The notes: generated from the sequence alone by a model not told the origin. 64,000 bases of DNA from an uncultured Christensenella sp. (GCA_964434145.1 CAYSUG010000002.1:1063-65062), one strand, 5' to 3'. Positions 43,301 to 47,477 are shown, counted from the first letter of the stretch. Numbers and translations: made by a program.

Positions 43301-46300
43301 TTTGCATTCTTGGCAAAGGCAAATATACCCACTCCACACGACTGACCGTCTTCTAATGACACACTAGACTTATGCACAAAATTATTAATACTGTGTACAA
43401 CTACACCACCGTCCACCAACAGCTTTGCACCACTAATAGCACCAGTAAATGGATTGCTCTCACTTCCTATAGGAACAAATCCGCCATCCAGATTGATATC
43501 CGAGGTCAACACATAGTTAGAACCTAGATTATTATTAATGTCCTGCAATTGCTTCTGATTGCGTACACTGTATGGATTGCCTACACCGTCCTCTACTATT
43601 ATGTTGAACTTTGTCGACACCTTGTACACATTAGCAGCAATCTGACTACTCTTTGCACTCAATAATACTACGTAATTAGGACTAGCATAACCCACTGATG
43701 ATGGACTTCTTAACTCTAACAACTTAATCGTCACGCTCTGATTTACTTCGTCAACCTCTACAGCAAAGCTATTAGAGTCTTGGCTTATCACAATTGACTT
43801 GTTAACATACTCGTCCAGATAATTTTCTGGCAAATCCAGCCTGTAATTAAATGTCTTTCTTGTATTCTCAGTCTCCTTCATCACATAATTGCCACTAACA
43901 TTGTCTACTTCATAATCCACACCTACAACAAAATCTCTAAGATCGAAGGCAACTTTGCTATTATTAAGAATTGGCACAATGCCAGATATTCTCATATTTC
44001 TCTGAACTGTAAGGAAAGAACTCTTGGTCAAAGTAACTTTATACTCACTGTTATTGATATGGTTATATGTTGCATTAACTACAGCATCCACTTGGATATA
44101 TATCCTTGCCTCTGTGTTATCCACTAACAGATTAGACGACTTTGTATAATCCACAAATATGGCTATATTCTGGCCATCCCCTTCCTTGAAGAATATATAT
44201 AGTTTATAATCCCAAGCATTATCACCCAGAGTATAATATGTATCCTGATACTCCTTGGCATTAGGCAACAATCCCACTATTGTAGCATTTTGTATCTTGC
44301 CAACAGTCTTGCTGCCATTCATTTCTGATACCACAACTAGACCACTATCATCAACACTTGGCTGTAAGGCCCACGTAAAATTGCTGTTAGAACCCACACT
44401 AATTATCCAATTAACCCCTGATGTCAAAGGTTTTTTATTGGTAATATCAGTCAGCGAATACGTTGCCACACCTTTTTCCTGGAACTCGGATTTTGTTCCA
44501 AATGTATTAAGAGTGTCCTTAGTAAATATCATATTCTTGGTAGAATCCAGACTAATCTGTCTAGTTGGAGAAGGAGTTTTGATATTGATAACAAACAACA
44601 CTTCTCCATGCTCCACATCTGTCCAAGACGCAATATCCCTGCTATGATTATCTCTTTTTGCTACAAAGCCTTTGACCGTAATCTCCAGCCTTACTTCACC
44701 TACAGCCTTAATCTCTAGTACATAATCGCTATCAAATTTTGCCAATGCCTCATTGGAGGTTTTGACACCAACATTCATATCTTTTGGCAATTCTATAAAT
44801 GAATATGTTTTAGTAACGGTATTATTAATATCATAATTCAGATTAAATGTCTGAGTATCACCCACCAACGCTTCCAAATTCACAATTGTTGTATTAATAC
44901 CATTATTATCAATCTTGGTTGCATCATAAGGCTCAATTTTGGTCGCATTTGCCGTACCCTCTTTTGCATCGCTACCCAGCGTCAAATATGGTTTGCCCGG
45001 CAATTCATAATACACCAATAGATAGAAGCTACATTTCTCTCCATTAGGAGCAACCAATTCTACCCTACATTCTCCCAAGTTTCCATCATAGAACAATATA
45101 TTCAGCATCGGTGCACAAGTATCAGCTACTACACTACCATTCACTTCCTCATATTTCTTATCAGACACGAACGCATATGACACATTTGAGCCTTTTTCAT
45201 TATGCTTTATTACACTATTTCTAGACACATCGGTTATATTAACCTGGATATCCAGTTTGTATAACTCAACAGGATTTACACTTACAGCATTATAATCATA
45301 TACTATATCACTATCAGCGCCATCACTTAAGAAGTTCTTATAATCACTAATAGCTCCGCCATTCCATGCCGCAAGACTATCTAGAGGGATATTTAGATAA
45401 TTCAACCCTGCACCAACACCTGCAACATACAGATTATCGTCAGAATATGGCACATACATCTTGTTACCATCACTTGTATTCCAGCCAATATTAGCCGAGA
45501 CATAATTAACCTTGATATCTTGAGAGGTCAGTACATATCCACTACTACCCACACTACATTCATATCTAAGATATATATCCTCTAGATATTCCGTCTTATA
45601 CGATTCATGAGTCGTATCTAACGACACAACTACAACAGACATAGACTTAATATTATCTAATCCACCATTAGCAGTAGCAGACGAGCCAGACACCTTGAAT
45701 TTCAAAAATTTTGCCTCACTTTCAGCCCCATTCTGCTTAATTATCGCACGTATTGAATATTCACTATTCAACAATTCATTATCTACACTACTATACTCTG
45801 TAGATACTATTTTTGCTAGCAACTGTATTCCACCAATATATCCACTGTATTGCTTGTATATATTGACACTATTATTAATCAACCTTTCTTCCGAATTTAC
45901 CTTCTCATACACTTCTATCTCGTCTGGATATTCACACACCTCTAACACGATTCTCACCCTTACTCCATCGAAAAACTGGGTATATTCGTCGTAGAATATT
46001 CTGAAATCCAAATCATAGCTTCTACTAATAGACGTCGTATGAGTAATATTATATGCAGCTCCGTCTTCGGTTAGATCACACCTAATAGAAGATATTGTAT
46101 CTACCTCTGACTGCACATTATACTGCCCGCTGCCTTTTATAGCCGACATATACTTTGTTGTACCATTTTCTTGTACAGCAAACATTCCACCAACATTGCT
46201 ATTAGTTAATCCATAACCAAATTCCACATTGGCACTTCTGTATCTAACGTCCACTTTATTTGATGTGTTATTTGCTAGCAGCAGCTTGAATGTAGCAACA

Positions 46301-47286
46301 CCGTCTATCACACCTTCACTTTGTAGCAATTGTCTAACTTCTGTACCACCAATAGCGTATTTGTTTGCCACTACTATATCAGACGCCTTTATCTCATCCA
46401 ATGTCACAACACTACAAGATTTAGTTATCACACCGCCGTCTACCTTCATAGCCCTAGCAGATAACACGAATCTGCCTGGAGTATATACAGTATCTTCTAC
46501 CTTCAACACCCCATTCTGAATAGACAACACCCTGTATGTTTGTCCCGCATCTTCATCTTCATAGCTTAGGGTCACAACACCAGAATTATTAGTAATTATG
46601 TAATTATCCTCCTTTAGAGCATCAATATTAGCACCCTCTAAGAAGTTCCTAATTCCATCTTCATCCGCATCGGCTTCATCCAAATATAATTCCACGCTCC
46701 TCTGAGTCGTATCACTAGGCAGAAATTGTATATATTTGGAGGTTTTCGCCTTCTCATACAGGATATTTTCTTGACCTTTTATTACAGGAACAACCGTCGA
46801 TACGAAATTAAAATCTTCTATCGGTCTTAGTAGTTCTATAACAAACGTCTCACTGGCCATTCCTTCAACTGTCAATATATCGAAACTAAAATTCTCTATT
46901 CCATTCTTAGCCTCAAACAACGCCGATACAATCCTCTTGTTTCCGTCGCTAGAATAGCTGTACTCTACGAAATCTACATATCCTTCATATCCACCAGAAG
47001 GCTCAACAGTAGCCAGCCTCTCCTCACTACCAGTATACCCCTCTATCTCCACCTGGATATAAAAATAGTTGATACTAGGATTGACCGCCGTATCGCCGCT
47101 AATTATGACACGCCGCAAATCGCTATCTATATTGGTCTGCAAGTCAGAATATGCCACTAACCGAACATCCGATATCCTAAGATTATCATACGGCCCGCCA
47201 CCACAAGAGCACGCACTAATCAGCCCCGCAAATGCAACCATTATCGCACATAGTATTCTTCTTGTAATTTTGAAAAACTTTTCCAT
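19384..47286 (-). CDS. Giant (9,300 aa) lipoprotein-anchored GLUG-motif / beta-helix-repeat surface protein
   Basis: Uninterrupted 27,903-nt ORF with a purine-rich SD (AAGGAAGAAG). The N-terminus MEKFFKITRRILCAIMVAFAGLISAC is a signal peptide plus lipobox. Many dozens of xGG[LIVFM][VAFI]G turns are present (e.g. NVGGLVGYVSVGEITNS), typical of the Pfam GLUG motif. There are seven cap motifs of the type …DIDLxGxxWxPIGxxxxPFxG. Confidence 0.85.
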   Translation of the reverse strand: MEKFFKITRRILCAIMVAFAGLISACSCGGGPYDNLRISDVRLVAYSDLQTNIDSDLRRVIISGDTAVNPSINYFYIQVEIEGYTGSEERLATVEPSGGYEGYVDFVEYSYSSDGNKRIVSALFEAKNGIENFSFDILTVEGMASETFVIELLRPIEDFNFVSTVVPVIKGQENILYEKAKTSKYIQFLPSDTTQRSVELYLDEADADEDGIRNFLEGANIDALKEDNYIITNNSGVVTLSYEDEDAGQTYRVLSIQNGVLKVEDTVYTPGRFVLSARAMKVDGGVITKSCSVVTLDEIKASDIVVANKYAIGGTEVRQLLQSEGVIDGVATFKLLLANNTSNKVDVRYRSANVEFGYGLTNSNVGGMFAVQENGTTKYMSAIKGSGQYNVQSEVDTISSIRCDLTEDGAAYNITHTTSISRSYDLDFRIFYDEYTQFFDGVRVRIVLEVCEYPDEIEVYEKVNSEERLINNSVNIYKQYSGYIGGIQLLAKIVSTEYSSVDNELLNSEYSIRAIIKQNGAESEAKFLKFKVSGSSATANGGLDNIKSMSVVVVSLDTTHESYKTEYLEDIYLRYECSVGSSGYVLTSQDIKVNYVSANIGWNTSDGNKMYVPYSDDNLYVAGVGAGLNYLNIPLDSLAAWNGGAISDYKNFLSDGADSDIVYDYNAVSVNPVELYKLDIQVNITDVSRNSVIKHNEKGSNVSYAFVSDKKYEEVNGSVVADTCAPMLNILFYDGNLGECRVELVAPNGEKCSFYLLVYYELPGKPYLTLGSDAKEGTANATKIEPYDATKIDNNGINTTIVNLEALVGDTQTFNLNYDINNTVTKTYSFIELPKDMNVGVKTSNEALAKFDSDYVLEIKAVGEVRLEITVKGFVAKRDNHSRDIASWTDVEHGEVLFVINIKTPSPTRQISLDSTKNMIFTKDTLNTFGTKSEFQEKGVATYSLTDITNKKPLTSGVNWIISVGSNSNFTWALQPSVDDSGLVVVSEMNGSKTVGKIQNATIVGLLPNAKEYQDTYYTLGDNAWDYKLYIFFKEGDGQNIAIFVDYTKSSNLLVDNTEARIYIQVDAVVNATYNHINNSEYKVTLTKSSFLTVQRNMRISGIVPILNNSKVAFDLRDFVVGVDYEVDNVSGNYVMKETENTRKTFNYRLDLPENYLDEYVNKSIVISQDSNSFAVEVDEVNQSVTIKLLELRSPSSVGYASPNYVVLLSAKSSQIAANVYKVSTKFNIIVEDGVGNPYSVRNQKQLQDINNNLGSNYVLTSDINLDGGFVPIGSESNPFTGAISGAKLLVDGGVVVHSINNFVHKSSVSLEDGQSCGVGIFAFAKNAKFSDIAINNVNIDVDVNSNSIGNGIYVGALVGMADSCQISGIVVNDGNNVSQIDSSKLVQIAGRYSDSATKAASYGIKVDATNSVDMYIGGVAGYVKTLKNVNVSGGVINTDSRVYVVIHGNTTGISAIGGLFGGVEEEQGATSKIVYSDRDNSVTTKYANADVVAVINPEQYNKVGNFYGQNIGGVVGILGDGVTMSDVVAKAIIFGNTNIGGVVGVNYGTIENTKSLPTLVGEQSIGGIAGYNDTNGEVAYNKVQFLDQGEAYSFMNSAIIGQYNLGGVIGVNHGAGQYNSAYSYINAEMNGELTFVDNTGEYYGDIVYYESNTSGSSGNIGVMVGKYEQNSNTGEYGFAKLNINVPSGVVIDNTMLANSDNTSSVYYNVCGDTHSYSKVPISGIYTIDVADMDDKGFNNIKQYTTEVYAYYQYKDGNTSESCIFVVDERGFNSNNPIRLTIDIPPSGVELTKPGMGDNIYDVEIGTTDYYIAVSMYELSSNDLDGDGVISYTEEIFSDVAKETFKSLNTHTMDELVTINMLPKFIAESSMMATLDTGSMGYVILSQGVNGLQLEAISDGLAHITLTNIYNKELVVNLYIQINRVVSDFDIKSLAQGSSEKMTIVKNASIKLSYSINSVFNDANTNSILTKLYPNIQLIENASAKVGMRIFMLNAAGGIYHVVTGDVTDYIATNYSKYFNINELAYQYMKNSDGSNEYLVYVDIDNADSCYISALLEVEGIKLFAVPYIYSTSSGAMTDKVVLQKFYSRVAEGKFKKVDAADFKKGLGDSIELDIVKGTSGLTSLDTTAEGTPKEASIFSVTLTTDDEDSSLYFYISSGNKQMEVLGCGNRLTKIDSKLGGSGFAFYLKGSRNVLFNDIYLYEVSKDIDNFYAVFDKYQLRLISIDRSNEGYVTYNFQIEVLLDDRYDCVSEENYTITFLSNMIEDKEVAVESIGYLEMNYTMIPQVLESTEVRHFNSVTMKTYDVIGGTPTQGYEVNQDLPSNTIVVGYSGMLQVGIFPGYSNVDKVEITSSSVNGVYVEFEQLVEETILNSDEGLADKYVSRAFYSSYSGAVKEPGKITLDNVTNVYESAGDKTYDFAGIYYVKTYIGTLVNETSTYLITIKYYSDGVLLDERTDSFVLYPIIPPTVSLSINGSSNSPIAIGTDVAIDIETNDVWDSIEVQLGNTNSATHAVLNRLVYLNGSDKFTNTGIMDQLISKVLLKTSSSGMHRLSLPIVYDEDLVGSTVTLSITVKKMINNKVYRATSVIKMQLALYVVDSIGVVGVANGTFNGMFNQAYELKVNVNATYYDGKNYYRNNVTANDIEFIQSQIELLSARITSAGLGETGETATHSTKTWFVRESNGQYSNLSVKSYYSFVITDSVYSVTYMPESGANYITKNFGVLKFRNNILDTSDTILAQAVIEYSATDVHGESAGGKSVSGVNVYSVAAEQDDNGNYMGDSSAFRYTYSTEFSFNMQRLSNEENPTPIYTADQLEDMVEGVSYILMEDIEVENWTPINTAITSLDGNGYVIRINSFAALDSATTTAGLFGTVDAETILKNIIIELPANPLQTTQNMDVDTVESSVNSDITVDIQNATEFNFGVVAGVNNGIITNAIVINNADTYRYERDSRLLAEDELSREDFAIRLQKYYYYRVEQYITDYPNYDDRTLTQIRVQSTLNNTSATEIKVGGLVAVNNGHITNSAVEGITINAPFYVGGFVCDNSGKISSSYFKNGNVINYKGNEAALSGTAGFVVNNTGTIAFSYVEGANTNYERELIDYVVADTATAVTIQSIQENNGIGDEELVNYIGYYYGYADKPNAIFKLRNYGNAIYSNKQSAGFVYNNNGNINNSYSNIVVVGASTSGFVYYNQTSGVIDSTYSLSSVIAGDIQHSPFAARNINGVSVNAGTLSNIYYLSVSMEDYITLEETNSTIISSNNIILDQHGYDALTTQTEKDMYTKSPSGVDSDGNTIYRYIKTSYTDSYATTIVDGLAKGVYDFGDYATFNTFTFNEDKSMNSEKVTGAIWWIPTTQYTDTTSTEGQTVAKYFKEGVYNVGTPQLVAANLRTMSLRYGNFIDPLAKDDSIDDILETLRDEMAIAMAGDIVTYSNDFIQSAGTNITDNYTTNQIKTIYAYVYLSTAYDNFANKESINGHENVLYGKLQKLRDAGADFKNAEFKPTFSEDEYATIAAATEVGAIQDAIKSKVNSYLKNTADWAAMSSQIGTMTSLMIEQINIVNQVADDAESAYSYSNILYNGGGVDIIYGNSVLNPYLVDSEDDFNIYGKQLTDKENYTNLTQLDKSIRLTRDITFGELDKAVKTYDVTFYGDMDGNGMSMSNIKLSAATDNSGNAIESIGLFQSLGKHDEDGEIYYATIRNLTLNIEYIRANAIQRVGGLAGSIDYARIYNVTINRASNSSVISGANVVGGLAGFIGGDTIIANVTSNINVTANYLHSVSGIGTNLFDATNSNASRVNTTIGTEVYGIVGEKFTLLTKDNISSDSEENPSTAHQFNLYIPGSDNYSKIAYAGSIAGIINVDAVGGDIGDDDLEPVAAVTGAKFVGANVITGEVVGGLFGFAGCNVTITNSDVIVTSGMQLDSVAIAGGMVGHMLGTIDKSYVQHANQSALDSVLYSNVSKASTTANNYYNYFTGGTTSVSEVTDYYGGNAHYIGGLVGLSHGAVINNAYNRVDVANINSKYAGGIIGISIGASLDDVYTTASVFAYRAYGGTIGIQTKIVDIEYDAAGNKEKMLENAYNKDQANANQIYHIYNQMQYIDVFYEANANTGEVQSVASDMGDTLDISSLNSMNLWKQAHKNANRANYGGAVAPRAYIGSFIGFAVSNSDGWISSGAVEERVVEENIYLMQAYKYNDLSGKDSETEFISEVGNAKSNYLSGLKGNKYIAAGTYYLATKTESNKNIGGNIVFNSGTITNRLQDSDIYSTDEIIKILRQIFGTIDEYPTDASSAEENRYYYNITNTAFEIKYKSSVVTTTYTIATFSHEVINTVSYINNEIYQGYSGDVRINATAGAEIYRFSRIQKYGSLRTIKEFVEGKYILNETAKMNFAYYKDSTVKQSGDKAMPESNNVVPNVYETWRNDVWYGVEMSSTDAGNGGERVDKAKYVFPTRRFMTYKKVIYVYEFQDLLDNTEKYPDATYILMQDIQVNNSKLPLNNKTNNPFTGILKSNRLYESGGNYYANYTIYGLNTEGTYDSTFGLFGYVDGAAFRGFKIAVDYVNITLRKENAAAGILFGRQKTNARVVVQDVSVVGRYQEGGVDTHRGIFQVTDAAYVGGLFGYGNNVQLVYNDTDNGGVEYATDNMSINVTKMSTDEIYVGGVGGYIKNEYTGTSIKDVTIKNTEINTSLVLDQTGEKAVNVGGLFGYAYGKNVVMSNCGVMVSNNDGDYNYEVTLANGSSFAIEKQPGINVYLAGEVNGNTIEHKIYVGGLVGKSEIRMINDDVAAAEPGTEPTSVNTTINVYNGLYEYKGVSDNKYVLTRPSGTYYSSNSNIAIGGAAGTIGYATTKEENIIDIISVNADITFHQAKEAKSGDIAYIGGAIGTIGATMDDTGVYGVSGISVSGKIATNITGAAKNLYTGGVFGYLNKGGNVDNCTSEVEITTTLNDGSSGVYVGGYVGQLEDNEVNTEADTTIGGDNSINATINVNVAAGSTASDIYVGGFGGKVNGVEGEKLNLNTIVADANINLAGGNGSTLQGSYISGFAGLVTEVNLHQIATTGSIKAESETLNITKSYFGGVVGKGDNFAMTESFSNMTIAIYTRLDDAATTDKKENEINTVGNNVGGLVGYVSVGEITNSGVVAAAAVTPPEVGITDSYSAVFIDYDLANNNPENASTIDSNDNVNSNASFIGGIIGQLDNHSNDMTLFVIDRVYSISNVPAITNYDYIKIYDENNTIGGILGQSTFGTYMDGTETKSYPRYTTSAFGGAYYNAELMPYSNYYGMAMGSDEMLFGVEDASGNTPTFASLYLTEFIWTQTNAYSYPLLAWEDEIQADGSRQKPMVYSSAAAAAIASGAEPTPEPDTTGLSYIVASTTPNGIEAKSNIFYFNKATIGSSGTLFNSVDKGSIVVGVHSATDPITIATTNEGIIVSTYDKGNNITVAGTNEGVIHAYIASETGVNNNYIVYNKNESGTISYTNTGLISNSIISVDSLPSTIQNVSLSKIVYSSGTITESSSIEDKGIYDTYLRQKDNSTTTDDESQNIAFVDSNGEAKVFSSIAYSSTTAYATDISNFIVSTDNTFTLDFDNVWTMFVVDGLSGEDAKERNNGAPMLRLELKVSKGKWYYRDIDLYDYLYNYSGVDTSTLYNRDIPYTDSDVYDQNKSMYGDYVWVYNIPTVSDGDPEYEYKYELDAGGANQIVGLASINEDIIPAGQLLVAEGKITTITIKTANELAWVAYMVNTGQYDFDGVSIVIGDDIDLAGKMWTPIGTKVHPFKGTFNGGGYNQNSGSMKIIYTISNINVINSDVAGLFGYVTASSGATDTNMFNVSINKGLVIATNTITAGNPVGGSAGSLIGAVVSSGDAIDPITYNIDFVVTRKNDYDVVSFKADEFYNNNPDLSQYAIFSDGVAYKMSEIGGTAANTVTTKAFYVKKHDNGTAADNSDDYYQIVNTAAGVNMIAIEDSKGQTINDVSGDIVKNGGVERKFRIEQIGVECDIMKICDPADSKQNTLQVVGANVGGMVGYGSTGSNISIIRAENNAYVYSYTGVKNTAAVNYAGGIMGRAEGALAELSIIDNQGEVYGYYAGGILGYANEAVLIDNAYNSNGDNESRKDEVNITTYGNGKAGALIGYLNYDASQGQLESKGRYAIIEESYSSSGNTSLVGEYTTAGSINYNQVFKYVYVNSNNLECDGDEDTIDLNTNEQSVFGAISGTTYPTGKNNYLADETFYTEEDFKNFAWGSIWHRDGSNADYPVLMFSAGYWIDFATLPYTDSVTSGISTTDIFDGEIVEQEKQYYADNNNFYIERTSQLAWIARMTNVGYDFAGKTIVINGSLSFSGKIWVAIGHADYDVLTKKDVNNNTVNHTGITTNYETGVVKGQTYRPFKGTIKAADFNDNGIADDISSFSNIKVVSFMSYYLSVNAEREEFVYREWAEKKNILNMYSGLIGLADNANISNLNIGEGTVIETIDGSKYVGGLIGYAYNTSMTNISSNINISYPVVSTDINKYINGGYIGGIAGYAEYNGVTLSSVALMDISTNNVNLYNLSADGTIDADAGSNIGGAIGGLYLATSNKPILKNITAQTEITYNYEITGGTADNYTASNIGGLIGRIESTKDVLLYNMSVGYVDSDPTTNNDIVVQIKADVVKEYDNGGTRVSANNAITNVGGLIGSAKASSGNIYLSRVSENTKIASTSSNVSNVAGLVGDANNVVITSQYDKALNDVFEDYIPNVISSNIVINNSTLTDVVSGETTTYDKGESSLRRASDNQSTQAYDYILTLTNGSIILTNGNSVGGMVGNANNVRIYGLVDAVIEVDDANKAWYTTYNIWLKNAKAIEIGNGSNVGGVVGAYNLDTTIPGEYKYNYTKLVINGVAIDVTTASNVGGIVGYAADSILVQGVRNTGTITNGNGIVGIISGGYILEAESDSGANAYTPSEGASIVSTNAKNNGAYVGNVSDSSVWSGDNIILFAIPEDKLSYQSGAYKITSELEYLTAQKLQSMRTGGTYTNTHQLIEDVSANYSNSDNFNLYIANDFEISVPSLNPFGSTNFPFKGNVVGNNYNITIPSTTNIVTLDGSNYGLFGVLNGGNSLENFTVKYMGNIGAIGTSTLTVDTASLLVGVVNNNGETKFDNVDVISGATATPAGGTQVAASISLTANASNMGGIVAYSLGKLTMSGCDITRINLYNKASGNTGGVVGRDSGDVSISGGKLNTITVDGGQNVAGVIGYMSNASSSINNMTLNGVVVTDTATEYVDGNQYRYGVIAGNAAAGAIGTTTAINATDIKITIRGNTNKHGEMYVGAIAGVVGSGAAIQKVKISLNEFTIANVNTANIGGLFGVATTTTGNTTNLQSNTVSVDTITASGIKTIVMGGVVSVITKDNEELLAAANTIQKLSEPKFSMAATGDNTTTYIGGIAGKVEAGSEIDDIVSVVGTATGVNNINVTTTSGEVYAGGLFGSMSGATTSATVVASGVNITNNSGSESYVGGVVGHTSSHTDATSGTTQDVAISNITVSNTSINGNFNNNHVGGLLGYVTGTTTLSGTLNISQDNSATTDVETIAITTAATSGGIVGSVVGTLNIDDDPTLGTITISNSTNAGGLFGEVSGEVDASGINAISNPMTISGTNAGVVAGNVSGSMNFGTSGSELLTITGTNMEITGTNNAGMAFGVIGEGVQVNSTTAKTVNNIVITNGVVNGNGNVGGLAGSNSGDTTLVDISVDSTNISATDIANLGGILGSVTTGTSVTINNATIKDIEINGSNKETSSGGVVGSVVGTLNIDDDTTLGTITISGSTNAGGLFGSVAGTVTATAIREIDNTMIISGTNAGAVAGSVSETMNFGTSGSESLTITGTDMVITGTNNAGMAFGTISGSAKVNSTTANTINKITITNGVVKGNGNVGGLAGSLVGTGINVTLDNINVSDAEIANESDGNAGGLIGIVAANQALNMANIAIINSTISGGNAAGGVAGLVNGTLNLSETIDIGDDSATTDVETITITNAESAGGVVGSVVGTLNINDTPTLGKIDISDSTNAGGLFGEVTGTVTATAIREINNTMTISGANAGAVAGSMRGSMNFGTSGSRSLTITSTRTASGDSITITGTNNAGIAFGVIGEDVQVNTSDDNTINNINITNGTVNGNGNVGGMAGNMADGYTLTSVIISGTIINGTPIANAASSASAAVAMLATAASAETNVGGFVGYAVGLIIDNTNKLNKNGENNVKINIEDINSNTLPTNVGGYVGKAGSVTISNASNANVEIAIPSNTSGYIYVTNLGGFVGCIDTTANASVSITDSTNSVALGNVNSVTNAGGIVGTIAMRSGATAVFSGNVNNANITAKNAAGGILGEGVIDKDYTNTVIANSDIENTDGIIQFIGVDKDTTDSTTKQVIGKKSATEFYTISATYAGGVVGKVDATEPNTTLQQNYVFAYITNFDNYYTIYGASCAGGIAGNMNFGYITNCDNHSSSITGGSAYNMNGTLGSNIGGIAGIMNGRLVSDCTNHANIESSTACAIGGIIGQSLLGIPCGLKECTNNGEIKLTKDSQRYIGGIAGGASNKLANDNASGRLYAWDTVGIIGCDNTANIIGQSTSGIAGGIVGRFIIGDINGCTNSATSIVGTYSGGIVGAMFMKGNSYGTSILQNNRNVNTSALTISSSTYAGAAGGLVGVVRIEKDDTSGDGLINENDDSYSNTSLDTIGEDGVLLKIIGTNVDARGNPTTGRQQLAGNVTMQGASVGGVVGRIDVGTSTGNDPWYQDEKKDYIIAYITNFENNSIINGVGHTNGYNVTSLDGTLAQAASGAGGIVGVARCAIIEKCDNISGKIVSKTIFLHRVDANGNSIADSEETKPSYTGGIVGQLNGRYISNCTNTADINVTKEVSGSSITDNEKQAEFAGGIVGYVTVGGIRLCTNSGAITGSTYAGGIVGSMLNNSVYEDGEIVYAWDTMGIEGCTNTTTGTISAKNAGGIAGAFGANKICSYTDTNTNTTTATTNSGAISATTNSGAISATEKAGGIVGLSTMNGGGSVSITASNSGNVTSSSGFAAGIVGYISSNAMSGTTITDNSSSTTHTITGKDDNHTDIIYNPRIRVKLVVENNTDTSGAASVFSITFSSVRDIISSTASTPTLDNIENNANNDAVNFGAVSGITFTVNNSNSTTYSNKVKVKGYEGNDTGVVVDVGAAIDLTLDGNSHTYTITVLGSYHYYERTTDGDSGATKHSTTLVCGSTGHAHNDSCYKDVLNCNNSEEGHKHGTSCYKKELNCSSAHHSDSCYCNYYDYITAGENKESGHYSSKPEYTIKCKCGTWSNSSVYKLKDPVFKW
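19387..19695 (-). other. C-terminal Cys/His-rich tail of the giant protein (three H-x-H-x2/3-SCY-x4-6-C knuckles)
   Basis: GHAHNDSCYKDVLNC / GHKHGTSCYKKELNC / AHHSDSCYCNYYDY, then KCKCGTW. Contains 11 Cys and 9 His in the last 103 aa. Confidence 0.6.
20321..20374 (-). repeat. Perfect in-frame 27-bp tandem duplication inside the giant gene
   Basis: GTGGCAGATATTGCACCGCTATTGGTC occurs twice back to back (20321-20347 and 20348-20374). This encodes …TTNSGAISA TTNSGAISA…. Confidence 0.9.
22895..24700 (-). repeat. Three near-identical tandem coding modules (about 594- and 711-nt period) inside the giant gene
   Basis: The protein block SGG[IV]VGSVVGTLNI[DN]D…TNAGGLFG…MNFGTSGS…ITGTNNAG[MI]AFG…NGNGNVGG[LM]AG occurs three times. 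The DNA copies are alignable by eye at about 23,231, 23,938 and 24,531. Confidence 0.85.
47209..47286 (-). other. Lipoprotein signal peptide of the giant protein (lipobox I-S-A-C, Cys26)
   Basis: Basic n-region (KITRR), hydrophobic core ILCAIMVAFAGL, then ISAC. The Cys26 codon is at 47209-47211. Confidence 0.7.
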
Positions 47287-47348
47287 TTTCTTCTTCCTTA
47301 GTTGTATTTTTTCTCAAAATAAAAAAATTATTATAATTGTATATATGC

Positions 47349-47378
47349 ATTATATAAAATCATTCATATTGCCGTCAA
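47349..47378 (-). promoter_or_regulatory. Sigma-A-type promoter of the giant gene
   Basis: Minus strand reads TTGACG - 18 nt - TATAAT, about 60 nt upstream of the ATG at 47286. Confidence 0.55.
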
Positions 47379-47400
47379 ATCATTACACTAATGTTTTAAA

Positions 47401-47446
47401 AAAGAAAAAATTCAATTATGCTAGAAAAAAATTTCTAGCATAATTG
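47401..47446 (-). terminator. Rho-independent terminator of the sleB-ypeB operon
   Basis: 15-bp arms CAATTATGCTAGAAA / TTTCTAGCATAATTG followed on the minus strand by AATTTTTTCTTT, 30 nt after the ypeB stop. Confidence 0.75.
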
Positions 47447-47477
47447 AAAATTTAAAAAAATCGACATCTCCTCCACA

